This document shows, one piece after another, positions 33,901-47,200 of a stretch of 64,000 nt of DNA. The stretch spans positions 13,814,343 to 13,878,342 of the forward strand of contig JASCQW010000162.1 in NCBI GenBank assembly GCA_030264375.1, given 5' to 3'. The DNA comes from Carcharhinus longimanus (lineage: Eukaryota). The position numbers and the translations under genes are program-made. The notes under the pieces are model-generated. The model ran no database searches. It saw only the letters and a list, made by a program, of their open reading frames with translations, and was not told the DNA's origin. Within the stretch, counting starts at the first letter, position 1; each line of letters starts with the position of its first letter.

Positions 33901-36900
33901 TCAAACTCATGCACGGTCGCCATTTTGTTCAATGCAATTTACTACAGTATTGTATCAAGGTTGAGTTGCAGTAATCTCTATTATTCAACGGCATTACATT
34001 TGCTCTTCTTGTTCCAGTTGCTTGCATTCTTCCCAATTCTATTAGCGGAGTCTACCACCACTCTACCACTTGGTCTTGCAAAGTCATCCCTTTCAATATA
34101 TTAAAAAAATAAGCTGGAGTCTGGAACAAACTTTATTGAATAGTGCATTAAAAAGGTCAATCCCATCGGGGNNNNNNNNNNNNNNNNNNNNNNNNNNNNN
34201 NNNNNNNNNNNNNNNNNNNNNNNNNNNNNNNNNNNNNNNNNNNNNNNNNNNNNNNNNNNNNNNNNNNNNNNNNNNNNNNNNNNNNNNNNNNNNNNNNNNN
34301 NNNNNNNNNNNNNNNNNNNNNNNNNNNNNNGGGCCGAGTTCGGCTGGGTAAATCGGCCCCCCGCCCCCCCCCCCCACACCTCTACTATCGTTTGTAATGT
34401 CTGCATCTTTTGTTTGCTGTTCACTTTTTGATTATGTCGGGGTTTTTTTTCCAAGAACACGGCAAATCGGCACTATACAAGAAAGTGCTGGGCATTACAT
34501 TGCGCCTGACACCACTAAAAAAGGAATCTGTTAAAAAGCATTCAACCTGAAACAGATGCTTTCAGCCGTTTTTTTCACAAAACCTTGTTTAACAATATAA
34601 GCTAGTTTTAATTAAACTATTCATAGCTCTATCCCTGTCGCCTTTAAAACTGGCCACAATTCGTCCTGCTAGTTTCCATGTTAAAGTCCACATTAGGTTG
34701 GGACTAAAGACACAATGGGCACCTAACTTTTAATCACGAATTCTTTCGGGTGGGATTATTACAGCATCGCGTCGCAAATCAATCGTTTCCAATTTTGCGC
34801 AAATTGTCAGTGAAATAAGTTAGCAGCCTCCTCGTTTCGTAAATAGCTGGTTCTCGACGTGACAGACAAGTTGCAATTTGCAGGAAAGCAATTTTCTAAT
34901 GAATTCATTACCATGATTACAGAATTTCGTCCAGTGCAACCCTCCCCCAAGTCCTGGAAGCATTTTTTTTGTGTTTTGCATGGACGTTTGGGGGCCTTAA
35001 ATTGAAACCTCGGTCTCAGGCAAATAATTCATTATTGTCAATCAAGTCGGGAGGAATTATTGGCAGATGCATTAAGTACATCGTGGTTCTTAATGAAATA
35101 TCATAATGGGTACAGAAAAATCACATCGAATTGCAGTCAAAAGTGCCAAATATTTAGTTTAATCAACAGCCTTACACGATCTTGCTGTAACACAGATAGC
35201 TCTTAAGGTTAGCAAGTTCTTAAAGTAGTTACTCGGAGTATGCTGACAGCAAGTCTCTTAATGTAGATGTTAAATGCCTGTGAGATGGTGGTGGGGGCGA
35301 GGGGGCGGTATTTCCTCATATAAGCATAACTGAAACAAAAAAAAGGATGAGGGATCGAATTGCATATGGTATGTGCGTGGATCTCAACATCTAGGTGATA
35401 ACTTCAAGATGTAACCACACTTTATTAAGATGGTCGTACCGTTTGACTCGGATTGTTTTGAGTCATGTGGCATCCACACGACTCAGGAGACGCTGCCCCA
35501 ATCGATACATGGCAAACCGATTGAGGTTTTATGTACACATCTTAGAAACGTGTTGCGTGCACAAGTTTTCTTTTGGCTGGGAGAGGGGGGGGGGGGGGGG
35601 GGCAAGCCAGACGGCAATGAAAGCCATGACATTGTGCGCGCACAGACGATGGCAAGTCTTTCTGCAGCGCGATTCTTGTTGAAGTCAGTTGCATATCAGC
35701 CGAACTGTTTTGTGTTGAAGGGGATATCTGCAACATAAACGTAGCGGCAACTCCTGAACCAGCAACCTCATATCAGGTATATATGAGCTCCCAGTGCAGC
35801 ACCAGGAACCACAAGCTCGTTGCTGTAAATGGGCTGCAGCATGTTGCAAAAAAGCTACACGCATGCGCCCTGTTTTACGATATGGTTGATGGTGAAGTGA
35901 GCAAGCAATTTTTTCCGGTGACTTAACAATTTTTTTTTGCGCCGTCTCTTAATTTATGGAGCTTTAAGGACCACTTGAATTCTTAAGTTATCAGAACGGC
36001 GAAAATCGAAATTCTAATCCCACATTCGCTATATATGTTCACACAGTGGCTCACTTTGAAATTCGTCCAAAATGGTGGCCAGAAAGAAATGAAGAGGTGA
36101 CAACTCTTACTAATTAATCCACCCGGTGAAAGGCTATAATGCTTGACTGAGGATATGCAGTTATTACACTTGACTATAGTCAACAAGAGATGGAAAGGCA
36201 CGTTGGACAACATGGTGAGAGACGTGTGGCCATCATTAGTGGTTCTTTTATTGACAGTGGCTTTTCTTTCTCATCATTGACAAACCATTTTGGAGGGATT
36301 CATCCCCTGTTGCTTCCTATCATCCACTCCATCCAAGCTTCTGGAGAGCATTAATTAACGTCCATTCACTGATAAGTCGTGACAACAAAGCAATGCATGT
36401 ATAAGGACTAGCACCCCCTAAACAATGCGGAGACCAACATACAAAACTCCCGAAGTGGGCAAAAAAAAGTAATCGACTCATATTTATACTCCAATGTCTT
36501 ACTTTTCTCATTAATCCGTTAGGTGCTGCAGATTTTCGATTTTCTTTTTCGAAAGCTCGATGCTTTTGCTGTTTAGGTCTGATGTGCATAAAAACGTGAC
36601 GTCAGAATTCATAATCTAAACAGAATTTCAGCGCCCATCGGTTACAGCACAATAACCTCACACCCAAAGCAGTAACCTCCTGAGCCCAATGCCCTCACAA
36701 TACTCTGCTAGAGGAGGCTAGTCCCCGTCACTGCACTGCATTTATAGATGAAAGTGATAGGCGATCAATAATGAATGTCGCTTTGTGTAAATGGTGATTT
36801 CAATTTCACTTTCCTGAGTTTTATTTTGGTATAAATACATAGATTTAAGTGCTTCTTCCGGTATTCCTGTCTATCATTTAGACCAGGCGTGGATTTTTCA

Positions 36901-39900
36901 ATGTAAACAGTTGTCAGTGCCACATACAATTTTTGTTTAAATCTTTTTTTAAAATATGGAACCAAAATACGCTTTGCAACTTTTGGTTTGGGAGCATGCC
37001 GCCAGAATGCAATCTGCATACTATGGTTTAATAATGCTTAGTTAGAGGCAAACTAATAAGACACAGGGATAGCCGAAGGTCGCTTCCAAGAAACAATATT
37101 TGTCCTGGTAGAGATTCTGACGTCGTCAATGTCACCCGCATGACTTGTTAAGACCGTATAGCTTCGGTAAACCTTTGAAGTTGTGAAGCATATATTGATT
37201 TATACAGATCATAATAAACCATGGTAACATAAGATATTTATGCGACGAATAGTGTTCCCAAATAAGAGAGCGAGAAGCGCGCTGGCGAATAAGGGGGGAA
37301 AAAAGCAAGGGACTGTTTAACTGACTGTTAAACATTCAACTGAGACACCATAGTATCCGAACGATAGTTAAATTTTATTGGCTCTCCCAAATAGGCAATA
37401 AAGGCTTCAAAATATTTTAAATATATATGCCTTTTTTCCTTAAAATTTTACGGACATTCCTGACACACAATTACACATCTATACCTCAAGACTGATTTTC
37501 AGTTTTATTTGTCTGTCACCCCCTTCTGTGATAAAGAAACAGAGAAGTCTCCAAAATATCGTGAAATTTGCTTCCCTTTTCCTGCTTCGGGTGGACTCAT
37601 ACTTAAGAAAATGCGCCAACAATGGAATAGGTTTTAACATCAGCAAAGCTTGTAATCCTGACTTTGTTTAAATGCTCAAAGAATTTCCTTTGCCGCGCAT
37701 TTGACACAATATTCAAGCAGGGAACTTAGCCTGTTGTGCTGCCAAACAACAATAAAGATATGGATCTTTTTTTTAAAAAAAATAAAATAATCGAGCTATG
37801 TTGTTGCAATGGGATTCTTCAGTGTACATACACAATAGCACATTGCATGCTCACAATATAGATACTAAAATTGCGCGTTACACGATAATAAATATTTAAA
37901 CTAATCTTGTTAGTGTTTTGCAGCTGCATCAATTGCAGACCCAATTTAAAGTCACACACACCATCATGCTTCTATCAAAACATAGAAACGGAACTTTATA
38001 CCATGTTCACCGTGACAGAGATTTCAGTGGGGCAATTATGAAATGGCACGGTGTAGCTTAAGATGTCCAAGATTTCAATTTGGGCGTTTGAAAGTCTGAT
38101 GGAACATCGTGTAAACTCTAATAAATCAACTACAATCAGGATGGGGATCGCCTAAATGATTCCGACCAATTGATCTAGCACCGTTTTCTTTTTTGATATG
38201 CAATCAACGCAGATAAAAATTATATTTTCTTGAACTAATGTCAACAAATATTGCAGAAAAGCTGTCTGGATAAGCTTGATAGGTGAAATTTCTTGCAGAT
38301 CCATCCAATGCCACTGATAATTTTTGCTGATTTAAGAAAGTGATTTTTTTTCCTACAGTAATATCGACTTTGGAAAATTACTGGCGCTCGGCAGTATTGT
38401 AGCGAGAGCCAACATTTAACCTTTAATTAGAGAATACAGATTTCGAATTAGCTGGAAATAATACCGGCTGCATTATGGGGCAAGCTGTATTGGTTTAAAT
38501 AAATATGACAAAAGAATGGTCGCCAGATGGTTTGCCCTAGTTATATTCGTGCAAAATAGTTTAGCAACATGTTAGTTTATAGAAAACTTGATATGCCCCT
38601 AAAATATGAAATGACTTTGAAGTTCTTCCTCGGGGTATGGGGATTCAATTGCCATTCATGTAACGCCAGGGTCGGACGATGTACATATGGTGATGTTCAG
38701 TTTCCAAAGTTGAGATTAATAACATGGAGTGGTGCTTTCATACGCTCAAGCATTTCTCTTATACTTGCATCTGGTACTGCTCGACACAAATCAATCAAGC
38801 ACCCAAACTTCAGCTTTTCATAAATGACAAATATAGGCAGTCTGCTGTTAATGCAGCATGTCTCAATCACAAATATATGTCAAGATGATTTTTACTGCAA
38901 TATTACGATTATGCGATATCTCGTTTATGAATGGAGGAAGTATGAATAGACCGCATTTATTTCATCCATATTTGCAGGTGCAAACTTTGATATGTATATT
39001 GAACGTGTGGGCGATTACACACATACATTTCAATGAATTATTTGGAAACAAAACCGTGCACACATATATAATATATAGATATCTATTATACACGTTATGT
39101 ATATCTTTATACACACAAATTGCAGATAAACCGACTGGAAGGTAGGCAGTTGAAACATAAGTCTATTTTTATAACACTGGAACGAGCATTTTTCTGCATT
39201 TTCTGCACTTGCAATCCCATTTATTAGGAGAGAATTTTAATTAGTTTATGCGCCCGTTTTGCCTTTTCCTTTGTTTATGGTCTCTGGGCAAAACAACTGC
39301 ATTCCAAAAGTTTCAAGCTTACAACTTTGCCTTATTGCATTGCGGTGAATTTGAATGCAGTGATTTATATATATTTTAAGATACATTTATCAGCATAGTA
39401 TTGGTAAAACTGTAAGATGATTGGAAATTTGGACATGCATTGAGTGGTGTGTTGAGTGACCGAGTAGGAATGTTCAAATTTATATTTCAATGTATGTAGC
39501 CAGATAGTGAAGTACCACATTGGAGAGAGAGAGAAAAAAACGCCTGGTTTCTTCATTGCATTTTTAATTACGGCTGCGAGTAAGGAGATTATTGTCATCC
39601 TGTGTTCATAAAAGAATCAAGCTCCCCTTTAGATTTCTAATTTCTGGAAAATAGAGGCTGACCTTTCAGAAGCTGTTATAGAAATACAGAGGTTCATTTG
39701 AGTGTGAAATATCATTTCATTGAAAAATAATGGAGTCGGTAATCCCACTTCCGGAAACTGTCCTGAATTATTTAACAAGACTCCTTTAATAGGGGATTAG
39801 TAGAAGCCTTAGAAAAAAATCTTTGCATTCTATTCAATGTCTTATTTTATGTTATAATTACTAGATATAAAGATGAACAGATTAGTATGCAGAAATCGTC

Positions 39901-41230
39901 CTGACAACACGCAGGTGCTATTCTAATCATTCAGCTTTCTTAATTAACGAATCATGTAAGAAAATAGAATAATAAAAACATTTCCGTGAAAGCTGAGGAG
40001 GTTTTGTTAGAGGTTGTGTGAATGATGCCTTTAACAAGGAACTGGAGGGTCAGACAGCAATGGACTGACTTACGACCTTTTATGTGGAAACAATCTCCTT
40101 TAGGTTTTAACTTGCAGCTTGTTCATTAAAGGGACTCTACTTTATTTAAAAGTAAATTGCATCTCTTCCAGATTCAACATAACTTTGTTGTGTCAAGTAC
40201 ATCGACAAACGCAAGTTACGTTCTGAGACAATGCATTGAAACTATACATCCTCACTGGGCTCTTTTACAAGTCGATGTCTAAACTGCAATCTTCAGTTTG
40301 CATCACACCTCGATCAAAGTTCAGTACAATTGTTGGAAAAAATGTATATACACTGCTTTTTCTCAGGCTGTTGCCAAAAATATGGATGACAAGTATTCGT
40401 ATATTAGCGTTCTCCATAAAAATGGACTGTTCATATTTCCGCTTGCCAATATTTTGCACGTGATGTAAAATTCTGTGGTAGACACGAGGTATGTTGCAGT
40501 GATTGCACAGATTACAATGTACCTTCGATGAATAGAAAATGTGAAAGATAATGGATCACAGTGATTGTTTAAACCTACAATATTAGCATTAATAATATAT
40601 ATATATTGCTTTGCATGTTTACTCTGGTTGTATGGTTGTTTTATTCTAGTTTGATCTTAGTGTGAAAACATATCTTATTTTAAATACGAGTACGTTTGAA
40701 ATCTGCTGACATTATGTTCACTCTAGTACTAATTGTTTTTGGAATTTATTTGTACATGTGTGTATGCATATATTGTATATTAGTATACATATATGTACCT
40801 GCATGCATCATCAATTAAATTATAATGCAACTTCATTCTGGTACTATTTGAATGATTAATAATATTACTTCAAAAATGCCCCTGAGCGAGCTATGATCCT
40901 TAAATGGTCACATGACTCACATACAGTCAAGAATGAGAGGATCTATATATGTTTTCTAATAATAATTGGATCAATTGCAATGAGCAGATTACGAATTAAT
41001 TGACAAAAGTCGGCATACAACTAAGCAAGTAAATGTCCGTTTAAGTGATATGTACAACCTCTCTTTATAAGTTTAATTATTCTTTTCCCAAACTTGCCTG
41101 GCCCATGCGACATGTGTTTCTAAATTCCTTTTTTTTTCACTTACCTCGTTCATTCTGACCACTCCCTCCTGCTTCCTTCCTCTGTGTCCCCTCTCTCTTG
41201 CACACATGTCCGTGCTCAGTCTCTCACACC

Positions 41231-41254
41231 CACACACACACACACACACACACA
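41231..41254 (+). repeat. (CA)n microsatellite
   Basis: Seen directly, about 12 units. Confidence 0.9.
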
Positions 41255-44200
41255 TGCACTCATACCGTGTCAATACTCATTTCTAAGATATGTGCAGCGG
41301 GTGTAAATTATAGGTTTCTAAAGAAGCGATGGAAAGTCCTCCAGCAGTTTTAAAACACAATAAAAGTATTAGGGTATCAGCCGCACTCCAAATGATCACG
41401 CGTTAAATTATTTTGCTTTCACGGATGAAGGGGCTTTCTACAATGTAAATCAAGCGCCTTAGTTATTAAGTCTGAACACTAATCTCTAACAACCTTTACA
41501 TAATGTGGCAGAATGTGCCACACTATTTCGCACCTGCACAATGAATAGAACCGTCTTTTGAATATAAGACACGCTTGTTGCCCTGCTTTTCCAAAGCAGT
41601 TGTCTGAATAAGTCAAGCGTCCTGAATGCCCATACTTGCTTTTCTGTTCTTCCTTTGATCACTGAAAATTTCTTCTAATTTGTCCTTTTCTTTGTAACAA
41701 CGTTTCCAAATCTTTTTTTTAAATCACTTTCCAAAACGTATTCTGTGAAAAAAAGAACATAAATCGGCAGGAAAACAAAAGTTCTTGGGAAACATTTAAA
41801 GTCATTCACGGTTTTTGTGAGGCTGTAGATGGAATACAAGGAAGATTGTTGTATGTTACTTGATTGAAAGTGACGTTTAAATGAACATAACCTTGAATAC
41901 CGGTGGCGGGCAGTTTGAGGAAGAGCACATTTTTCCAAAAAATATCACACGTTGTTTTGTCAAAGCTGACTCATTGCTTTGTGTTTAATTAATCTCGCTG
42001 ATTAAAACGTGAGGTTTGGAGAAACTCTTATCTGTGCTCACAAAAGATAGAGGGGCTGTAACGGACTTCGCACAGCCCAATTCGACAATTTGTTTTAAAA
42101 CCACGCATGTTGGTGAGCTTTTCTCTTAGATTCTGAAGGAGAAACATTCAAACATGAAGCAAGATCGCAGCTCACAATCCATTGTTTCCTTAAACTTGTC
42201 AGAACATAGCCGAAACGTTCTGTCTGCAATTATATTCACCCAGTACTCTCGCTCACATCTGACGATGCATTGTACTCTGCAGAGAGAAACACAGTCCCTA
42301 CTAAATAAAGTGCTTGTTACATGTTTGATTTGAACATATATCATTTGATTATGTCAGTGTGTTCACTTTCATGTCAATAAGTGAGCAATCAAGAATTTTT
42401 TTTTCAGGGGAGGGTGTTCCTTTGTTTAAGTAGATTCATCGCGGATATTTTATGAAGGTTTTTTTTAATTCCGGAAGGGGTGGCTCAAAACATCCCTTCA
42501 GGATCAGCTGTAATTAAGTGTTCTGGAACTAAACAGCAAAGGTAACAAGCTGAGTGACCCAGGGTTGTTCGAGGTCATCAGAAGACCAAGGGGGGATGTA
42601 ACAAAATGATTTTGATGAAGTGAAAGCATGGAATAATTAAAGTTATCGATAATTGTGAGAAAGCAGGCGTTTGTTACAAAGTTTCCATATTTTGATAAAC
42701 TGCAATGTGTGGATATGTACTCATGCAATGGGGAGAATTGCAAAGAGGCGTGATTAATACAACTCGAAGCTTTTTGGTTTATTGCAAGGAACACATTTTA
42801 AGTATTATGTTTAATACTCCGATTGCCCAGACAAATTAATATTAGCAAGCAGCAAGGTGTTAAACAGAACGCCTATTGCTTACTTCTGTCTTCAAGTGCT
42901 GGGCACAGGTTGATATATTTGAAGAAGGGTATGTATTTTGTTCTGTTTACATGCTTCCTTTGTGTTTTTGTTTTGCCTTCAGCTCAAATTCTCTTGCAAT
43001 AATAAACGTGTTTCCATCTTTTGGAACCCCAGCATCTCGAACAGGAAATCAACCTATAGAGCACAAGTCAATATTTGTTTTTTTTGTGCATCAGGTGTTC
43101 AGTTGTCTCTGGAAAGATATCGCAACTTACTTTCTCAGTTCAGCCTGCAACAACCACGGGGGTCTAATACAACCCAAATAAGGGCGATTGCGGCAGAAAC
43201 AACTAACTAAATTAGCGCCACGTTAGTGTATCTCTCGACATCATTAATATGTAACAGGGCTGCCTGTTAATCTCCTAAACCTGTGTTCTCCCTCTAAAAT
43301 GGTACTCTGGGACAAATTGTACATCAGATCAATCACGCCTAATGCAGCAAGGTTTACTGAAGAAAAAAGCTATTTACACCTTCAAATGGAAGCTTTTCAG
43401 ATTTAAGAGAAAGGGTCATACATCACCAAGAACAAATGATTATGAATTGGTAAACGCGCCCTCCAGCGATTAGTTCTTCGGCGCTATTTATCATTTTTTT
43501 TTGTCTTTTAAAATCATCTGGCAATCTCGAAGGAAGCACTGGCGATAGGAAAGAAACTAACACTGCAGGAAAGTTTGTTTTATGGGGCGCACTTTCAGTT
43601 ATCAAAACCCTACCGCCAAAAACAAAACGGGTGCCACTCTGCCTGGGCGCAGACAAAAGTATCCCCCAGTTTTTCTCTGTTATCTGAACACAATGTTGTT
43701 ACACAATAATTTCCATGTCACACTTGTTTGACAATTAAGTTGCTAGATGGGGGAGGGGGCGGATGTGGGGTTGGGGGGGTACTGAGGTAGACGCTTTAGG
43801 CAACAAACAAACAACAAATACTTCGAAACACAGAAGTGTGCTGCACCCATTCGATTTCCTTTGATAGTTTGGTAGCGTAACTTGGTGTGTCGCGGTCCAA
43901 CAAAATCTCCTGCGATTACTATTGCTATTTCAAAGAATGCGATTGCACCGGGAAAACTGTCACAGATGTGAGGAAGTTGAGAGCTTCGAGGTAATTATAA
44001 TTCGAAGATCGACCGAACAAAAAATGAAGAAGTGGGAGACGGGTGGAGGATAGATGGAGTCCACTAAATGTGTTAAAACAATTGCATTCGAGTGGTCAAC
44101 TTTTAATGAGGGAGAAGGGGCACTTGTAATATTACCTAGACGTCAGCACAGTACAAAAGGTCTGTTCAGCAACAAGTTTCATGGCAATCCTCGGCGCTTG

Positions 44201-47200
44201 CTCCGAGAAAGAATGGGAATATAAGCAAAGCCGAGACCACTTGAGTAAATAAAATTAAACGCGTGCCACCTGAAAAATGTGAATCAGTGTTGGGTTAAAC
44301 TGAAAAGCTCACCTTAGATTCAAGATGGACAAAACGGGTCGCTGAAATGTTGCACCTACTACATTAATTGGACATGATTAAGTTAGACCATTGAAGTCTG
44401 GTTTAAGTTATGTTGACATTTCCTTCCATACATCATACGCCAACGTAAGGTCAGCCTTTTATAAGGTATGCAAAGAACAAAACGATGTCATATCTAGGGT
44501 GTAATACTATATGTGTTCACAAACACTACAAACAGGATGACGATTCGAAGGGCCTCTGCCCTGCTGTTTTAATCCATCAAAATTCTACTTCTTCGCCATC
44601 TTGAAGTGACATTTCGTTCTCTTCTTTCCAGAAGATAAACTAAAGTTCGTAGTTACATGGACATGTCGGTTGTATAAAAAACTAAAACAGATTGTTGATA
44701 AAAAAAAGTATACCCTTTATTAAGCAAAAATGGTGCTCCGATTAAAAAAAAGACTGTACAGATGTTTGGATTTTTAAGAGCCCCTCCTGTAAATATTTTG
44801 ATATAGATAATAAACGCATTCGAAACACTTGAGGGCTTCATTTTGGTTTTTTTTGTTTCAAAGTAACGATTTAACGCCGCTGCTACACGTGGTCAGCAGG
44901 GTCACAGAGTCAACAACTTCCCAAAGCACGCAGCAGAAATGTTTTACATTGTAGCGCCATAAATCGATTTGCAATCGTGTGACAAGTCCGCATTTTCTTG
45001 AAGTATCAAATTTAATATGTCTGGTGAACAAGGATGGTGGTTAGAACTCTCTCAGTTGGAAGTCTCCTCTTCTGGGTCGCCGCGGTGTAACTTTTAACAC
45101 CAGGGGACATTGAAGTATTCACAAGATTACTCAGTGAGGTAACTTCCTCCTCAACTGTGTTTATCAGGGGACGGGGGTGCTGGGCAATACCTTTACATGG
45201 ACAATTGGGAATTTTCAACATATGACGTAGATTGTTCCTTGCACCTCTGCTGAAAAAAACTCAGAAGTTTTAGTCTTTTTTTTAAAAAAAATAACGGATT
45301 TGACCACATAGGTAAAGATTTCAGGCCAATATTTGAACAAACGAGTAACGCAGTAATTCGTTTATGTTCGTTAAAGCCGCTGCGAAATTATTAACCTTCT
45401 GGCTGACCAGTTCGCATTTATAATTCCGACTAAAACTATTCCAGCACTTTGCAGGTAAGTGGGTTTTGTTAAGGTGAACGCTTCAGGTAATCTCTGCAGA
45501 AACATCGTAAATAGCCAGATTCGATTCGTTCAACAACTTAATTAGCCAATGGCAAGAGATGGCGACAATCTACATTTGTAATATCGCTTTTGTAAGTTAA
45601 ACTAACTGTTCTTAAAATAAGTATGGTATACTTAATTTACCACAAAAGAAATGCAGATTTTTTTATACGCACCCTAGTAATATCTATATCGAGATATTAT
45701 ATATATATAGTTCTTCAAATGAACCCGCTTTTCAATAAATGCCTTCAAATGATTAAATATTTGCAAGGGAACTTTGCAGACAAACATTGTAAACAAATTG
45801 AATTCGATTTAACTTACTATCTGAGCGATTCTATCACGTAATTAATCATATTAATATTGGATAAGCCTTGAGCTGTCTTATTAAAACGACACGATTTTTT
45901 GTCAATTTATTTCTGAAATAGCTTGTATTTGCAAAAATTCTGTAACTGACATTTTCAGGTTTAACGCGATTAATTCATAACTGATCGTTAGACTCGTATA
46001 TGGGTTGATTGAGAAATATGCATTCAGATAGGTCATAAATATTATAGCCTTTTCTATTGTATTTATTGCACCGTTTTAATTGATCAAAATAACAATGGAT
46101 GGTTTATAAAAAAAACATGGTATATGTTGGATGTACACAGCATGTCCAAGTGATGCAAGCCCAAATGGTGTCCATGTGATAAAGAGTTAGTGCTTAGAAC
46201 TGAGCTCCTGCGTTGTCTGTGTACTCTAGACGATGTTAGTATAATATCAAAGGGAGCAATGCAAGGCATACGGTGGAGACAGGTGCAATGCATAGGGATC
46301 AAAATAATACTTGCCTCGTCGCCCTGACCTCATGTAAGTTGTGCAAGGGATGAACAGCTTGCCCTTCTCTTAAAAGAGCTGACAGTAGTTTGTTTGCACT
46401 ATTTCGCACTTCAATTGCACGGTGTGTTGTGTAAAGTGAAACTACTGTTCCAGATACATAAATTCATTTTTATACACTTTACGAGGCATCATACAGTTTG
46501 GGTCATTTTCTGGTCTCCCGCAGAAAAGACATTATGTCTCCCATATTTACATACTTTCTAATATTTGTCAAACAATCATAAATTATAAATTAATGAAATG
46601 TTGTGTGGTCTTTGGAGATCCAACTAATGAAGACATTTACCTTTTTGTTATTTTCAAACGTCTATTTGTAGGTTTAATGACATCCAGGCTATCACGGCTT
46701 ATTAAGCTTTATTAGATTTCCTCTTCACTCCCGCTGTCACTCAGATGTCTCTGCGTCAATGTCACCTGCTACAGGTACAAAAACGCACAAAGCTTTCCAG
46801 ACAAAAATGTGCAAAAGGCCAATGCTAGAGCTTCAACTGCCTTCAAAAACATTAGATTACAATTCATTTGATATACCAGCTGTGGCACTATATGCACTAT
46901 TTCCCCCTTCATCTCAATTTAATCTCAAAATTCATGCTGTATAGTTGGAATATGTTGCTCTTCCCCGCATGACATCCATGGAGGCAACAGCAATACAACA
47001 GACTTCTATTAATCAGAGCCACAAAGTACAACCATCTAGAAGTCGTGAAACACCATAGAATGCCTTATTTTAGAAATATGTTAGCAATTATTTTTTGATT
47101 TTTTTCCCCCACTTTGATTGCGAATGAAGCAAGTTGCAATTTTTACCCCTCAAAAACCTATGAATATTAAAGCAGAATACCAGGCAATGTCAATCATTTT

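Noticed and set aside
45452-45460. Perfect splice donor CAGGTAAGT in the gene desert
   Set aside because: Expected roughly once by chance in a window of this size, and no matching exon or ORF was found.
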